DNA from: the human T2T-CHM13v2.0 reference genome, Homo sapiens
Assembly (NCBI RefSeq): GCF_009914755.1
Contig: NC_060929.1
Length of the DNA: 64,000 nucleotides
Reading direction: 5' to 3' (one strand)
Shown here one piece after another: positions 44,099 through 59,029 of the stretch (within the stretch, counting starts at the first letter, position 1; every line of letters starts with the position of its first letter). The notes below the pieces were generated by a model. The model had not been told where the DNA came from. It ran no database searches and saw only the letters and a program-made list of their open reading frames with translations. A program made the translations under genes and the position numbers.

Positions 44099-44859
44099 AA
44101 AACAGTACTTGTTAAGCTAAACTGATGAGAAATAAAAGTATGAATCTGTCCGATAAGTCATCCAGGGGCTGGAGGGAGTTAGCAGAGTGTTTGGAAGTGC
44201 AGCATTTGGAGAGAAAGAGAAATCCATTTCCTGTCTGTGTCCCTGTTGAGTTCAGTCCACTCAATAAACTGTTTCCACATATTAAGGGCTGGACTCTGGG
44301 ACCGGTATATGGCTCAGCAGTCAGATGACAGCAGTTATTACCATTATTTTTATCTTAACTTTCACTGAAGGTGGATTTAGACCTTTTAAGTTAATCTACA
44401 GAAATACAATATACCTAGTAAATGAGAGAGTGGAGAGACTTCTTATCCTGTTTTTAAATTTTTTTACATTCCTGTCTCCACAGGTGAATTTGGAACCATC
44501 TTCAGAATCAGGCTGCCGTGCTGTCTGTCAATGTATTGTAATTGAGACCTGCAAGGGCTCTTCTCACACCTGGGAACATCATGGTGACATTGCATCTGCC
44601 ACCAGCTCCAGCCCCAGGAAGGTAGCATGTGAGGACAGGTGTGGCTAGTTATCATCCCGACGCCTGGTTAAGGCATAATAAAAATCAGATGCTGTTGGCC
44701 TCCCATCGGAACAGGGTCCCCAAAATGCTCAGAGCCCTCTTCTCATTGTTTTCATTGTTCCTGCCTCAAAATCTTCTTATCCCAGATCTCTTTTCCTCCA
44801 GGTCCTGCTCTCTGCTTTCCTAGCCTGTCTGATAAACCAAGCCTTTTGTTGACATAGCT

Positions 44860-45085
44860 TCAAAAGGCCAGGGGCCCCAATTCAAATCCTTGTTCTTCCA
44901 TTTACTACCAGGAAGCCTTAGCCAATTATCTTCCTCTCACCTGACTTCTGCTTCCCACCTGTAAAATGGGAATGGTGACAGCTGCCCTATTGACCAGGTG
45001 CCACAGTGTTATTCTAGGGTTCATTTGCAGTTGTAGATGTGGGAGGGCTTAGGAAAACTTTAAAGCGCCATATAAATGATTATCA
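44860..45085 (+). mobile_element. MIR
   Basis: ttcaaatccttgttcttccatttactacc...cccacctgtaaaatgggaatg. Confidence 0.7.
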
Positions 45086-48000
45086 AGGATCTCAAGAATG
45101 TAATGTCTTCATCTCTTTTGCCCAGATAACACTCTACATGTGAATAGGTTGGACCTCAATGCGTTTCAAAGGTAGAATTCTAGAAATATGACAGGGTCAG
45201 TGTGAAACACGTTTTTGACAAACCCCAATCTGTCCCAGTAACTGATTAAAGATGCAGTTGGGCTTTGGACTAAAATCCCTATAGACATAGTATTTGATCT
45301 AGCCCATTCAGGCTCTGCCCCAAATTTACTGTTAAGAAAAAAAAAAACTATCAAAATAGGAGGTTTCTTTGGAACTTTCTCCCTCTTACGAAAACAGTCC
45401 CCAGGCTGGGCACTGTCGGTGCCTCTAAAACAGTCAATATTGTGGCTCAGCCCTGCCCTCCTGTTGAGTAAGGATTGCATCTACCGGATGTCCCTTGCCA
45501 GTCTCCTTGATTGCTGGTCTGGTCGGATTCACCTGTGCGGTACCCTGCACTGGCCCAGAATCTTCCAAGAGGAAGCCTTTGTCCTCAGGGCCGACAAGCA
45601 GGACAAGGGCTCGCAAGCCAAAAAAAACATTTCCATGGGCCCCCAAGAAATAACATCCAAGTCCAGTTGTGGCTCCAGACTGAATCGAGCAATCAAATCC
45701 ACATTTGCCCCTGCCCAAAACCTCAGAAATGTTAACATCTTACACGTGTCAAAAGGGTTATTTATGAAACTATTTGCTTGTCAACCCCAGGAGGACATTC
45801 TGTACTTTTTCCCTGGAATACTGTATATTTACGAGCCATGGCTCAAAAACTAACTTTGGCAGGAATATTTATCCAAGAAACATTCTATCAACCCCTTGCA
45901 AAGCACAGCCTGCGCTCAGTCACTAGCGCGTGGCAGCTGGGCCGGGTCCTGGTACAGAGCTGGTCTATGGCTCACTGTCTCAGGGAATGAATTCCAGATG
46001 TGTGCTTCTTCAGGGGTAGGATTGCAATTTCAGATAAGAAGCTTGCTTTTTTTTTTCCTTACTTTTTCATTTTTTTTTTAACTTCCCTTCCCAATCTAGA
46101 AGCGTGCTCAAATAATTAGCCTTGATTGTGTGGAGCATGCAGCCTATTTGTCGTCTCCTGCATTAGATATTTGATGTGTTATCACCCTCCTCTCTGACCG
46201 CGTAAAGTCCCTCAGTTTGCAGAGCTAAGCTTCTGATGTCCCTGTTTTAGGATCCAGTTGTCTATTGCTAGCATGTGACACATAGAGAATCACTTAGTGG
46301 GAGAGCAGAAGGCCTAGTGCCATGTGAATAGGCTCTAGTCTGAGACAGTAAAATACCTGCCAGGAACTGTTGCCATCAGACTTCCCTAGGAACTGGTGTA
46401 CCTCCAACGTGGCCCTGCCATCAGCTTCATCAGCCAATAGAGTCTTCTGCTGACAGGGGCCCCAAGCCCAGCCATCATCACAGCAGTTTCCTTGCTTTCC
46501 CATGAGTTTGGCCAATCAACTTACAATCCATTTTTCTGCTCTCTTCGGGGTTGAAGGGCCCAAGGCAGGAGCAGTCTCTGAGTGTGTGTATGCTGTCCAG
46601 TGACAGGTAAAAGGAGACAAGGACATGTATATGGGGACCTAGAGAGACAGAAAGATCAGAGTAGCAGAGAGATCTTGACACTTAGAGACATGACTGTGGG
46701 ATTGATTCTTATGCAACCTCTGTAACATTTTTCTACAGCTGAGATGCCTATTTATTCTTAAGTCTCCTGAACCTTGATTAAAGACCTATTCCTAAATGTC
46801 TTGGTCCACAGCATTTTTAGAGATAAAATAAAATCCCTTTAGCTAATTTTTCTTTACCATGCCATATGGTAGTATACTAAAATATTATTATCATTGTTGC
46901 TGTTTATTAAATATTTGGCATTTGGTATACTCTATCTGTGGTTCTTAAAAACTGCAAAGATTTTATCATCCCTAATTTACAGGTTTAAAAATGCCAAGGC
47001 AGGGAGAGGTTATGCAGTTTTCCAACAGTCACAAAGATGATTGTAAGGGAGCTGGTATTTGAACCCAGAATTTACTGGTTCTTTCACGTGACAGAAGAGA
47101 AAAGAACTAAGAAGTTGAAGGAAGGAAAGGGGGTGAAAGTTGAAGTATAAAATAGAACCATCAACTCTTGAGAGTTTGATATTGTCTTCCCTGAGCTGCC
47201 CTTCCAGCCTCAGTCGACCTTCCCGAGTGAGGCACGCCATCTGAAGGTCATGTCCCTGTAAGGAGGCTCCAGTGTGCACATCCAAGAGGGCTGAGGGCGG
47301 GAGGTCTCTGTGGGGGAGGCTTCCATGTCCTCCTTAGGCTTTTTGGCAGTGGAGACACCAGCAGATCCAGCAGGGGGTTATTTGGGGCCAAGTCAAGAAT
47401 CTAAAATTCCTGAAAGCTTCTGGGGCTGGTCACTGGGACTCAAACTCCCCTGAAGACCTCTCCTAACCAAGATCAGGGCACAGAACCAAGTTGTCTCTGT
47501 ACTCATTCCCCTCCCGCCCAAAGCAGACACCTTCTTGGCAGGGAGCACTGCCTCCTGAAAAAGAAAGGTCCATGGAGCCTCGGGCCACCGTTCAGGGTCA
47601 GGAGGCTATGGGAGGTCTCCCCAGGGGTGTAAGGGCAGCCCAGGCTATAAACCCCAGACCTGGGTGTGGGCACAGAGCCAGCAGACTCACCTAAGGAGCA
47701 GGGACAACAGGAGAAAGGACTGCTTGAAGAAAGACCTTGGGCAGCCTTAGACCTCTCTGGGGAGTGGGGCGTCATCCAAATACAGTTTGTTTCATGGAGT
47801 CACCAGAACTGCATTTCTGAGTCTCCACATCCTTATGAGTTTTAACAGAGATGTAAGATTGTATCATAAAAGCCCCATCCTTAAAGTAAAGCCCACTCTC
47901 TTTCTTATCCTTATTCTGCTGATGTGTTAACTTGTCCATGCCTCTGGGCCCCCCTGCCTTTGTCCTCTTCCCTGAACAATGGAAGGAATACTTTATTCCC

Positions 48001-48910
48001 CTGTATCAGAGGGTAGAACTTGTGGATTTGAGCTCTTCATTCAGAGAGGTCCCTTTACTTCTTGGATGAGTTACTTCATCTTGGTTTCCTCATCCCTTAA
48101 AATGGGAATAATGACATAACTACTCCATAAAGATGTTGTGAGAATAAACCACAACATGAATATAAAGAGATTTGGTTCTTGGCACATAAAAAATGCTCAA
48201 TAACTCTGAGCTGTTTTTTAAAAATTAATTTAACTTCCTGGAGAAAAAAATAAAACCATGGTAATGGCAACATGCTTGGACACTGTTAACTAAAGTGAGG
48301 GATTATTAATCTCTATATACAGATAGGTAAATTAAGTTCAGAAATGTTATCAGATTTGGCTAAGTTGAATAACCAGACACTGTGGTTTGGGAAGTGATCT
48401 CCCATCTGAGATGATAAGAAAACTGCTCCCAGGTTGACCTTATTACAGGAAAGTCTGTTTGCTGGGGAGGAAGGCGGGCAGGTGGAAGGGCTCAAGAAAT
48501 GGAGTGATGCACTAGATTAGGGCCAATGACAGTGTTGGTGCCATTAGACCTTGAAGGAGGATGAGGCCTCCAAAATGTGTCTTTGCCAGGCACCCAATGG
48601 CCCACACTTGCTCAAGCCGCCACCTGAAAAAAGAGTGACTGCTACAAGTTGGAAGGATGAGTTTTCCAGATTTGAACTGCATCCTAGCCAATGTGGGCTA
48701 GTGGGAAGAGCAAATATATGGAAGGTAAAGAATCCTAAGTTCTTAGTCGCTACCTTGCTGACTTTGGACAACTTACTTTGGAAACCTCTGTGAGCCTTGG
48801 TTTCCCCAGGCTCTAAGATGTGGAAAACAAATGTCCATATTTCAGGTTTGTTATAAGGATTACAAGATATAAGTACTAAGCACTTAATAAGTTAAGCACC
48901 TACCTTACTT

Positions 48911-49298
48911 TTTTTTAATGAGAAAATTTTTTTTATTTTTCCATAAGTTATTGGGGTAGAGGTGGTATTTGGTTACATGAGTAAGTTATTTAGTTGTGAT
49001 TTGTGAGATTTTGGTGTATCCATCGCCCAAGCAGTATACACTGCACCATATTTGTAGTCTGCTATCCCTCGCCCCCCTCCCACTCTTCCCCACAAGTCCC
49101 CAAAGTCCATTGCATTATTCTTATGCCTTTATGTCCTCTTATCTTAGCTCCCACATAGAAGTGAGAACATACAATATTTGGTTTTCCATTCCTGAGTTAC
49201 TTCACTTAGAATAACAGTCTCCAGTCTTATCTAGGTCACTGCAAATGCTGTTAATTCATTCCTTTTTAAGGTTGCATAGTATTCCATTGTATACATGT
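48911..49298 (-). mobile_element. L1PB1-like 3' fragment
   Basis: ccataagttattggggtagaggtggtatttggttacatgagtaag. Degenerate TSD cacctaccttactt / cacctatgttactt. Confidence 0.88.
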
Positions 49299-52200
49299 CA
49301 CCTATGTTACTTCTTCTTGCTCACTTTAGTTAAATGGGTATTGGACAAATTCTCTAAAATAGGAGAGCCCTCCACCTTTATTAACACCCTGATGGCTGAG
49401 CACTAAATAGAGACACAGGAGCCACATCTAGTCAAGAGAGCAGTGTGAACTGGGGCGGAAGCCCTGCCCTTTCAACATTAGAAATGTCAGACTGATATTA
49501 TTTTTAATTTTTAAGAAAATTTGTTGGCCTTATTGAAAAATCAAGAGAGAACATTCAGGTGCCAGAAACGAAAAAAGAAGACAAAACTTTTTGGATGTGG
49601 CACATCTCAGAGGGGAGGCAAATCCCAGCCTTGGGTCTGCCTCCGTCACCGTGGAGGCCCATGCCTGCCCAGAACGATGACCATGCAACTACGCAGAACC
49701 TTCAATCAAGAAATAGTCATTATGGCTGTAGTGCTACTCTTACAGATACAAGAAAGAGGATTCGTACGCTGTAGAAAGATTAAGTCTTAAGTATCCGGAA
49801 AATTCCATTACCCCGAATCCCACACTCTGCTGCTTTCTTTTACTCCAGGTTTTACCGTGTATATCAGGAAAGGATTTTACTGACTTTTCCCTTTATCCAT
49901 AATCGTGCAGGGTGTTCAGCCATTTTTCTTTTCTACATTGTTCTGCTTCTTTGAAGGGGGATGGGAGACCCTCTCCAGGCATGAATGAAATAATCCAACT
50001 ATGATTTCAAGGGACCAGGAGCTTCTTTCTGAAGCACCACTAAATTCGGGGGTAAAAGTGGACACTAGGTTTGTTGGTGTGGAAAGCATAAGTGAGAGTT
50101 AGAGAAGGAAGGAGGAAGGGGATTGGATGACAGTTTGGTGTGTAAAGAGGGTTGTTTAAAAGAAACAAGGGCCCAGGTCAGAGGAGCAGAGGAGGATGCA
50201 GAAAAGGGCTCCATTTAAGCCATGCTGGATTAACCATCCCTTATAGGAACTGAGGACAGAATGGTGTGTGCTGAACCCAGAAAGGAAGAAAATTAGAGTT
50301 AGCAAAAGCTCTGCACCTGCCAGGAAGTATATGATAATCAGGGCCATAGGATTTAAGATACTAAAGAGCAACCCACTCCTTGAAACATATTCCTACAAAG
50401 AAGACTGCAAAAGCTTTCTAACAGGAATGTCGTTTTGAGATTTGTGAAAATGCCCTCACCTTAAATCTCCAGCTGACAAAGAAATTTCCAAGTCACTGAT
50501 GTTGAGTGCAATAATAAAAATGAAATAAAATACATCTTTGAATCCTGGCCTTACCTCTTACTAACAGCATGGCCCAAGCACATCACTTCTTATTTCTGAA
50601 TCTGAATGTTTTCACCTATAAAATAGTACCCACTTCATTAGGAACATAGTGGGAATTAAATGAAAGAATGTATTGCAGTATTTATTAAGTACAGAGGTGG
50701 TTCATCCATCATAAGCCCTAGATACACGGCTGCGGTTGTGATTAGGATTATTAAGGCAGGGGCAGGGCTGTTTACCCAAGATGCTAATCAGCTTTTCTGT
50801 GGCCTTAGCAGGCTTTCCTCTGCAAATCTGAGCTTGTAAATATAGTGATCAAGTGTATATGAGCTCTGGCTGTAGAGTCTAAGATTAGCTACAGACAGCT
50901 TGAGATGGAACCCCAGATCTGCTATCTACCAAGGAGTGAGTTGGGACATATTATGTAATGTCACTGAGCCTCATTTTTTCAATCTATGAAATGGGATGAT
51001 GACAGTACTTACCTTATAGCAAACACAAAACATTGTGATTATTGATTTTAAGAAGGCAATTCTGAGACTGTGGGTGTATTCTCCCTAGGTCAGACCCAAG
51101 GGGTTACCCCTTTCCTGCTGTCCTTTGTACCTTTCCTCCCTTCCTGTTATGTTTATGGTTCCTTTCCCCCTATTGGAAAGTAGCACAATGAGGGTTCCAC
51201 ACCCATGAAAGTCACATTTATATTAGGGACCCCATGCTGGCAACTTTCAGGTTCTAATATTGAAACTGCACTGCCATGGTTGCTGCCTCAGAATCATCAC
51301 AAAATTCCTCATTGTCACAGGGGGCTGCCCAAATATCGGCAGCTAAAATCATAATTAATGTTATTAGGGGCAACAACAAGAAGGCGGGGCCGGGGCGGGG
51401 GCTGCACAATTACCCAATGGTAAAATCAACCTCCAGTAAACAATCCTTGCTAATTGTCCAGAAAAGAAAAGCTTCCATCTCCCCTCCCACTTCCCATTCC
51501 TTCTGAAATCCCTTTCAGAAAAACAGAGACATAAGTATAGATTAGAGCTCAAATAAATGGCAAGTGAGTCAAAATATTTAAAAGGAAAGAATCTCTGATT
51601 CATATGCCACTGATTGCAGCTTCTAATTGCTCCTTTCACGCTGAATGGGCTTCCCAGGTAAGACTGGGAAATCGAGCGGGCCCCAGTGCAGCAGCCAGGT
51701 GTGGGGTTCTCCCTCACATGACTGTGCTGTGCCAGCACTGACACTCAACAATGGAGTACCAGAGGCCAAGAAGGAGCTGTGAGCATGTCCCAGGAGATCT
51801 TTGGGGCACTAGAATACTGAAGCCAGGGAACAGGGAAGTTGGGCTGCATCGTAGTTTGGAACCTAGATTGTAAGGGAGAATAGACCTGATATTAATCCAC
51901 TGCTTCCTGTGTGGTCTTAGACAAATGACTGAATCCTCTCTAAGGCCCAGTCTCCCCATCTATGAAATTTTGTAGGACTAATGACAGAATTAAATTAAAG
52001 TGTGGATATACACCTCACAGCACAGGGCCTGGCACCCATTAGAGGCTCTACAATTTAGCCATTCAACATGTGTTTAGCCAAAAAGAATGACTTGATACTT
52101 GTAATGGAAATCTCAGGACCAGAGGGAGCAGGCATTTGCCCAAGGTTACTCATTCAGTTATTAGAACTCAGGGGTCCCAACTCCCAGGCCAGTATTATTT

Positions 52201-52530
52201 CCCTGGCTGGTACAATTTAATCACTCTTCCAACTCTAGGCCCAGCCCACCCCTGGAGCATCATGCTCCTTTAGAGCTGGATGATCTCAGGGACACCCTGA
52301 GACCGCAGGTGCCCCCACAGGCTTCCCTAATGGATTCTCCCTTCTAAACTGAAGTTCTCCATTCTCTCTAGGTTAGGCAACAGAGCAGAAAGGGATCAAC
52401 AATTCCTGAATTCTCTTATGTACCAAATACTGTCCTTGGCATGTTAAATATATTCATCTCCTTGTTTATTCTTCCTAACTTCCCTGTGAAGTATTTTTGT
52501 TCCCAATCTGCAGGTGAAAAAAACTGAGGG

Positions 52531-52984
52531 TATTCAGGATTGCATTGTATCTTCTGAAGCCCATCTGTTGAAGTCTTAACCCCCCAGAACCACAGAATGT
52601 GACCTGAGTTGTAAATAGGATCATTGCAGGCATGATTGGGTTAAGTAATATGAGGTAATGAGGGTAGGCCCTAATCCATTATAACTGGTGTCATTATAAA
52701 AAGAGGAAATTTGGACACAGAGGGGTGCCCAAGGGAGAATGCCATGTGAAGATGAAGACAGACATTGGGGGTGATGTGACTACAAGCCTAGGAACATCAG
52801 GATTGCCAGCAAATCACTAGAAGCTAGGGAGAGGCCTGGAACAGATTCTTCAACACAGACCTCAGAGGGAGCCAACTCTGCCAGCAGGTTGATCCAGCCT
52901 CTAGAACTGGGAAATAATAAAGTTCTGTGGTTTAAGCCACCAGTATGTGGTACTTCGTTATGGCAGCCCTAGCAAACTAATGCA
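52531..52984 (+). mobile_element. MaLR solo LTR (MLT1B/C-like)
   Basis: gttgaagtcttaacccccagaaccacagaatgtgacc...gtggtacttcgttatggcagccctagcaaactaatgca. Confidence 0.88.
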
Positions 52985-53717
52985 ATAACTGTGGACACAC
53001 ACACAGCCACTCAGTTATTCAAGCCAGAAACCTGGGAGTTATTATTGATTCCTTGCTCTCTTATTCCTCAATCTAATCCATGGCCAAATCCTACTGATGC
53101 TTTTCCTTCTTGGTATGTCTCAAATACATCACCTCTTTCCATCTCCATCGCCACCATCATGGTCCGCATGGTCCGAGCCCCCATCATCTCTCAGCTAGGT
53201 CAGCACAAACATGTTGAATCAGGCTTCCCTGACTCTTGGCCTAGCCCAGCGTGGATCCATTCTCTTACAAAAGCCAGGGTAATCTTCATCAAATAAATCA
53301 GATCGCATTACTCCCCCTGCTTAAAAACCTTCCAAAGGCTCCCCTGTCCTCTTGGGATGAAACCGAAACTCTTTGCCAAGGCTAGCAATCCTAGTCTCTA
53401 TGCCAACCCTACCTCATTTTATCACTGACTTATGTGCTTCATCCACACTCACTTACTTTTGGTTATTCAGGCTGGATGGATCAAACTCCTGGCTACCTCA
53501 TGATCTTTACACATGCTGGTTCTTATGCTTGGGATGCTTCTCCATCCACCTTCCACCCATATTTTCCCTCAGCTAACTCCAATGTAGCCTTCAGCTCTCA
53601 ACCTCAATGATTCCTCGAAGAGGCCTTTCCTGGCCACAACCACACTCTAAGTGATTTCTACCTTGTTATTCTCTGACTGGGCACCATGTTCTTTTTTCTT
53701 CAAAGACCTGATGATAG

Positions 53718-54779
<1,062 letters not shown>

Positions 54780-55014
54780 ACTTCCCAAGGAGACGTTATG
54801 AGAAGGAGGACCTCATGTGTGGTTCACCATTGTATCCCCGGTGCTGAGTACAAAGTGCTTAGAATATTGCTGGCATACAATAAATATTTGTTGAATGAAT
54901 TCATGAAAGTCAGTGCTGGTATTCAAGCTAGGTTTCATATGTCTGAGGTTCTTCTACCATAGCATACAGGAATCACCTCTTGAAGGTCATGATTTAAATT
55001 AAACCATTCCATAA

Positions 55015-55600
55015 CTTTTGTTTCTGACTAGGATGAAGTAGCTTAATTCAGACCATCATCCCGCTGAAAACAAGTATAAATGTTGGATTAAAGTAAAATA
55101 CCTAAAAAGAGTTTGTTTAACAGCATCAGAGAACAATCAAGGCAGCCAGGACTTGAGGACACAAGATCTCAGAGAAAAGGGATTCAGAGAGAAGAGAGCC
55201 TGGCATTTTGCTCCACTTTCTACCTTAAGGCATTTGCTGAATCTTAAACTGGGTGAGAATGAGAGGCCAAGAAATCAAGTGGAGGGCATCTGCATAGGGG
55301 CTTAAAAAAAAAACCCTCACAGAGCAGGAGAGACAAAATTTGGAGGGAGTTCACAGATGCTAAGAAGGAGGGGCCCTGGAAAACATGCCAAACTTCCAGT
55401 TAAGACCAAGAATAAAGAGAAACTGGAAATAGACCAGTCCTCACTAACTCCCAGCTTAGAACCATATCAGTCACTTGTTGGGTAAGCTTTATCTGTCCCC
55501 ACTGTAACTACTGGCCAGAATAAAATAAAGTCTTCTTGGGAGAAGGATGACATAATCTAGAACATGTACAATTTTTTGTACACGACGTCCAGCATTTTCC
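55015..55600 (+). mobile_element. Probable ancient L1M 5'-region fragment
   Basis: ttctgactaggatgaagtagc...gctgaaaacaagtataaatgttgga resembles old L1M 5' ends. Weak match. Confidence 0.4.
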
Positions 55601-58600
55601 TCATTGAGACCCTAAAAAGTCTATCATCTTCAAAGAAGACCTAATGTGAATTCCATGTAAGTCTGAATCTGATTGGACAGGCCCAGGCAGATCTCATGGG
55701 TGGAGGACAGAATAAGGAGGAGAATCCTGGGTGACCAGACAAAGCTGACAATTTTAAGTTGTTAACTGAGAGCTCAACTGACTCAAATTTCACCTGGAAA
55801 ATGGAAAGCTGCCTACTGTGCAGTCAGCATGCAGACATAAGGAAGTCCTACACAGAAAGCAAGCAAAGCATATGTCAGTGAAGGTCCTACTTCCCTTTTG
55901 ATCAGCTATAAAATAGGCTTCAATTATTAGAATAATATAATGCCCCAGCTGGCAGGACCTTTGAAATTTGTCTAAGCCCAACCTTTAAACTCTTTGCTTT
56001 TATGAACTTGGAGGCCCCAAGATGGGAAATGGCTCTTCTATGACCATTTGAAAAACTGTTGGTTCTTGACCCCAAATAACTGGGCTCCCTGTGCAGCCAG
56101 AGTCCCTGCTTCACTGCCTTGCTAAAGCTCCAGGCTCAGACAACTCTAGCCCGCAACCCGTCAACACTGCAAACAACTTCAACAGAACTATAAATGTCAT
56201 GTTAGACGTCAGATGATAAATGTGATTCCTCCTCAGCAAAGGGAGCCCGAATGGGAGAATACAATGGGATTCCCAAGGAATTAAATTCTGCATCTTCCCA
56301 AGGACATCACAACAATTTCTCATTTATAGTGTTGTCCTAATAAATACAGAGGAAGTCATAATTCACTGCTATTATTTAAAATAGTCATCAAGTCCTGGAT
56401 TTTATAACTCCACATTGGGCAGGATGTTTTTTTATCAAGTAGCAGCTGGGCTTTTACAAAACCCAAAGTTGGTGCCTCTATCTATGTTGTTACCTGGAAA
56501 ACAGTGACAGAGCTTCAGCATCTGGGGAAAGGGCTGCCAATGGGGTGACAGGAGGGTCAGGTTCTAGTCCTGGCTTTGGCACTCTCTGGTCTAGGGGCTT
56601 TGGGCAAAAAAGCCCCAAATTCTTAACCTCAAAATAATGACAATACTTGCTGAGCTCTGTGTTAAGAGCTCACAAATATCCTCCTGTGTGAGAATGGGGA
56701 CTGAGGAAATGGAGGCTCAGGGGCTTTTGTCTTGCTTAGGGCCATGGAACTGATATGACAGCTGGAATTCCATCTCAATTACAGGGCATTTGGCCTAGAA
56801 CCCAAATCTTTTTTGTTTTGTTGTGATGCATTTGTTTTTATTTGTTGTTACCAATGTCCTGTTGCCATAGCTTCCTCATCAGCATGCAAACCTAGTGTCA
56901 GCTGAAGCCTCCCATCCCTCAGATATCTAAATAACCTTGATTCAGACATCATCTCATCCGCTGCCTGTGGCAGACCATAATTTCTCTAAACTTCAAGGAT
57001 GTGACTTATCCTGGGCGTCTTTGACGTCAGATCTGAAAGTACAGAACTGTCCCTATCCATTCCACAGCAGCATTCCCAGATAAGAAACTCAGGCCTATGC
57101 ATCTGAAAAAGAAAAAGGAAAAGTGCAACAGGGAGTCCATGGGTTTAGTGACTTTAAAAACAATTTGAGAGTTCATGGGAGGAATCGCAGCACACAGTTC
57201 AGCCTCACCCTCACCCCACCCCATCTGCCTGGCTCTCTCAACTCTTCTCCCTTCTCCCTCCTTCTCCCAAGACCCCAAAAACGTCTTCAGAGCAGCAGCA
57301 TTGGCCCTTTTTCAGAGGCCCTGAGGTTAGCCAACATTCATGAAGTACAAGGACTCACCTGCCCAAGCAGGCTTTTCCAAACAAACATTATCTCAACACA
57401 CAGCACTCTCTCTAAATGGTAGTCTCAGGCATTGGCTAAGAAAACAAAATTTTTCCATACCTTACATCCAAAATATAGAGGTTAAAAGGATCAAAGATAC
57501 CCAACCTGGGTTTTATGAACCCATAAGATCATGAACTATTGTCAGTATTTCCAAAAGTGAGATCAATTCTGCACATTCATTTTCAGTGAAGGTATATACA
57601 ATGTTAGATTTCTGTTTGGGGTTTAAAATTATATCAGTTCTGTGTAGTATCTGTGGTTTTCTCATGCTGATCAAAAACTCTGATAGACACCTATTTATGT
57701 TCCTGGTTCAATAAAAGAGCTCACATAAATCCCTCATTATTTAACATTTGTTCATTCACTCATTCAGTAAACATTTATTGATCAATTACTCTATGCCAGG
57801 CTTGTGTATACTGTGGTAAATATGATAAAGTTTCTACCTTCAAGGTGGTGACAAACAGTAAATAGATGAATATATTTGCATGGTAGTATTAGATGATGAT
57901 GTGGGAATTCAGAATTTGGGGATATATGTCTGAGTAAGTCTCCCATTTAAGCCCAATCTGAAGATTTCAAATCAGTTTCACAAGTTTTTCTGTGATGGTT
58001 TTAACCCAAAACACATTCTAACTGAGGACATGAACCCAGATGAGATTTGGTGTCTGGTCTTCATTGGATTGTGAACCTAAAAATATTTCTTTTGGGGACA
58101 CGTGACACTATTGCAGCAAATGCTACTGGCTGCACAGTGAGAGCCCTAGTTCAGTACCTGATGTGCATACAGTGCTCTTGGTTCTTAATTTAGACCTGGG
58201 CGCCAAAGCCTTTTCCACTGAAAGGGAATAGGGCAGTGAAAGATGGCTAAGAAAGAGCAAAGTGCCTGAAAGTTCCTCGTTTGCTCTTTGATGTGCACAG
58301 ACTCGTAATTAACCAGGCGGCCCCTTCCCACCGCTTTCATCACTCTCACTCAGAATGAGTCTTTTCGGGGCACAATCAAGTGCTTTCACAGCTTTAACGT
58401 CACAGCTTTTCAGTAAATGTAGCTTGTCCATTTCCATTCCATTCAGAATATGATGGGAAAAGATTACTCTTTGCCAAGTGAATAAGAAATGGGGGGTGGG
58501 GGGTAGAGGGGAAGGCAGAAAACCAAAGAGAATCTATATTCCAAAGGCGACAAGTAACTCTGGAGATGTTTAAATATATAGGACAATGAGCAGCCTTTCA

Positions 58601-59029
58601 AGATTCCATAGGCTCACTGAAGGTAGCGTTAGAGAAAGTCTTAGAGACAATGCAAGTCTAATTCTGTGCATGGATATGAGGAGAAACAGTTCCAAAACGG
58701 AAGAGCGGTCTTTCCGCACACAGTCATGTGGATGATGGCAGAACAAGGACTAGAACTCTGACTATCTGAACAGCACCCTTTCCATCACACCAGACCACTT
58801 CCATATTCCCTTTCTTCACTTATCCTCTTCCATGTTGTTTTTATTAATTTGTCGTGCACGTGGGGTCCTCCCTTTTGTACTTACGCAAATGCTCCCTCAC
58901 TTTCAAAGACCAGTCTCTAGTCTATGTGCTTTTGAAGAAGTTATCCCAGTTACTCTAGGCATAATTTCTGCTTTGTTCACCCAAATCACCACATTTGTAA
59001 TCTGAGTCATGCACTTGTTTGTGTTGTAT

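Noticed and set aside
45166-45990. Cluster of overlapping 70-144 aa ORFs in unique sequence
   Set aside because: Non-ATG or weak starts, no recognisable homology, and no consistent exon structure.
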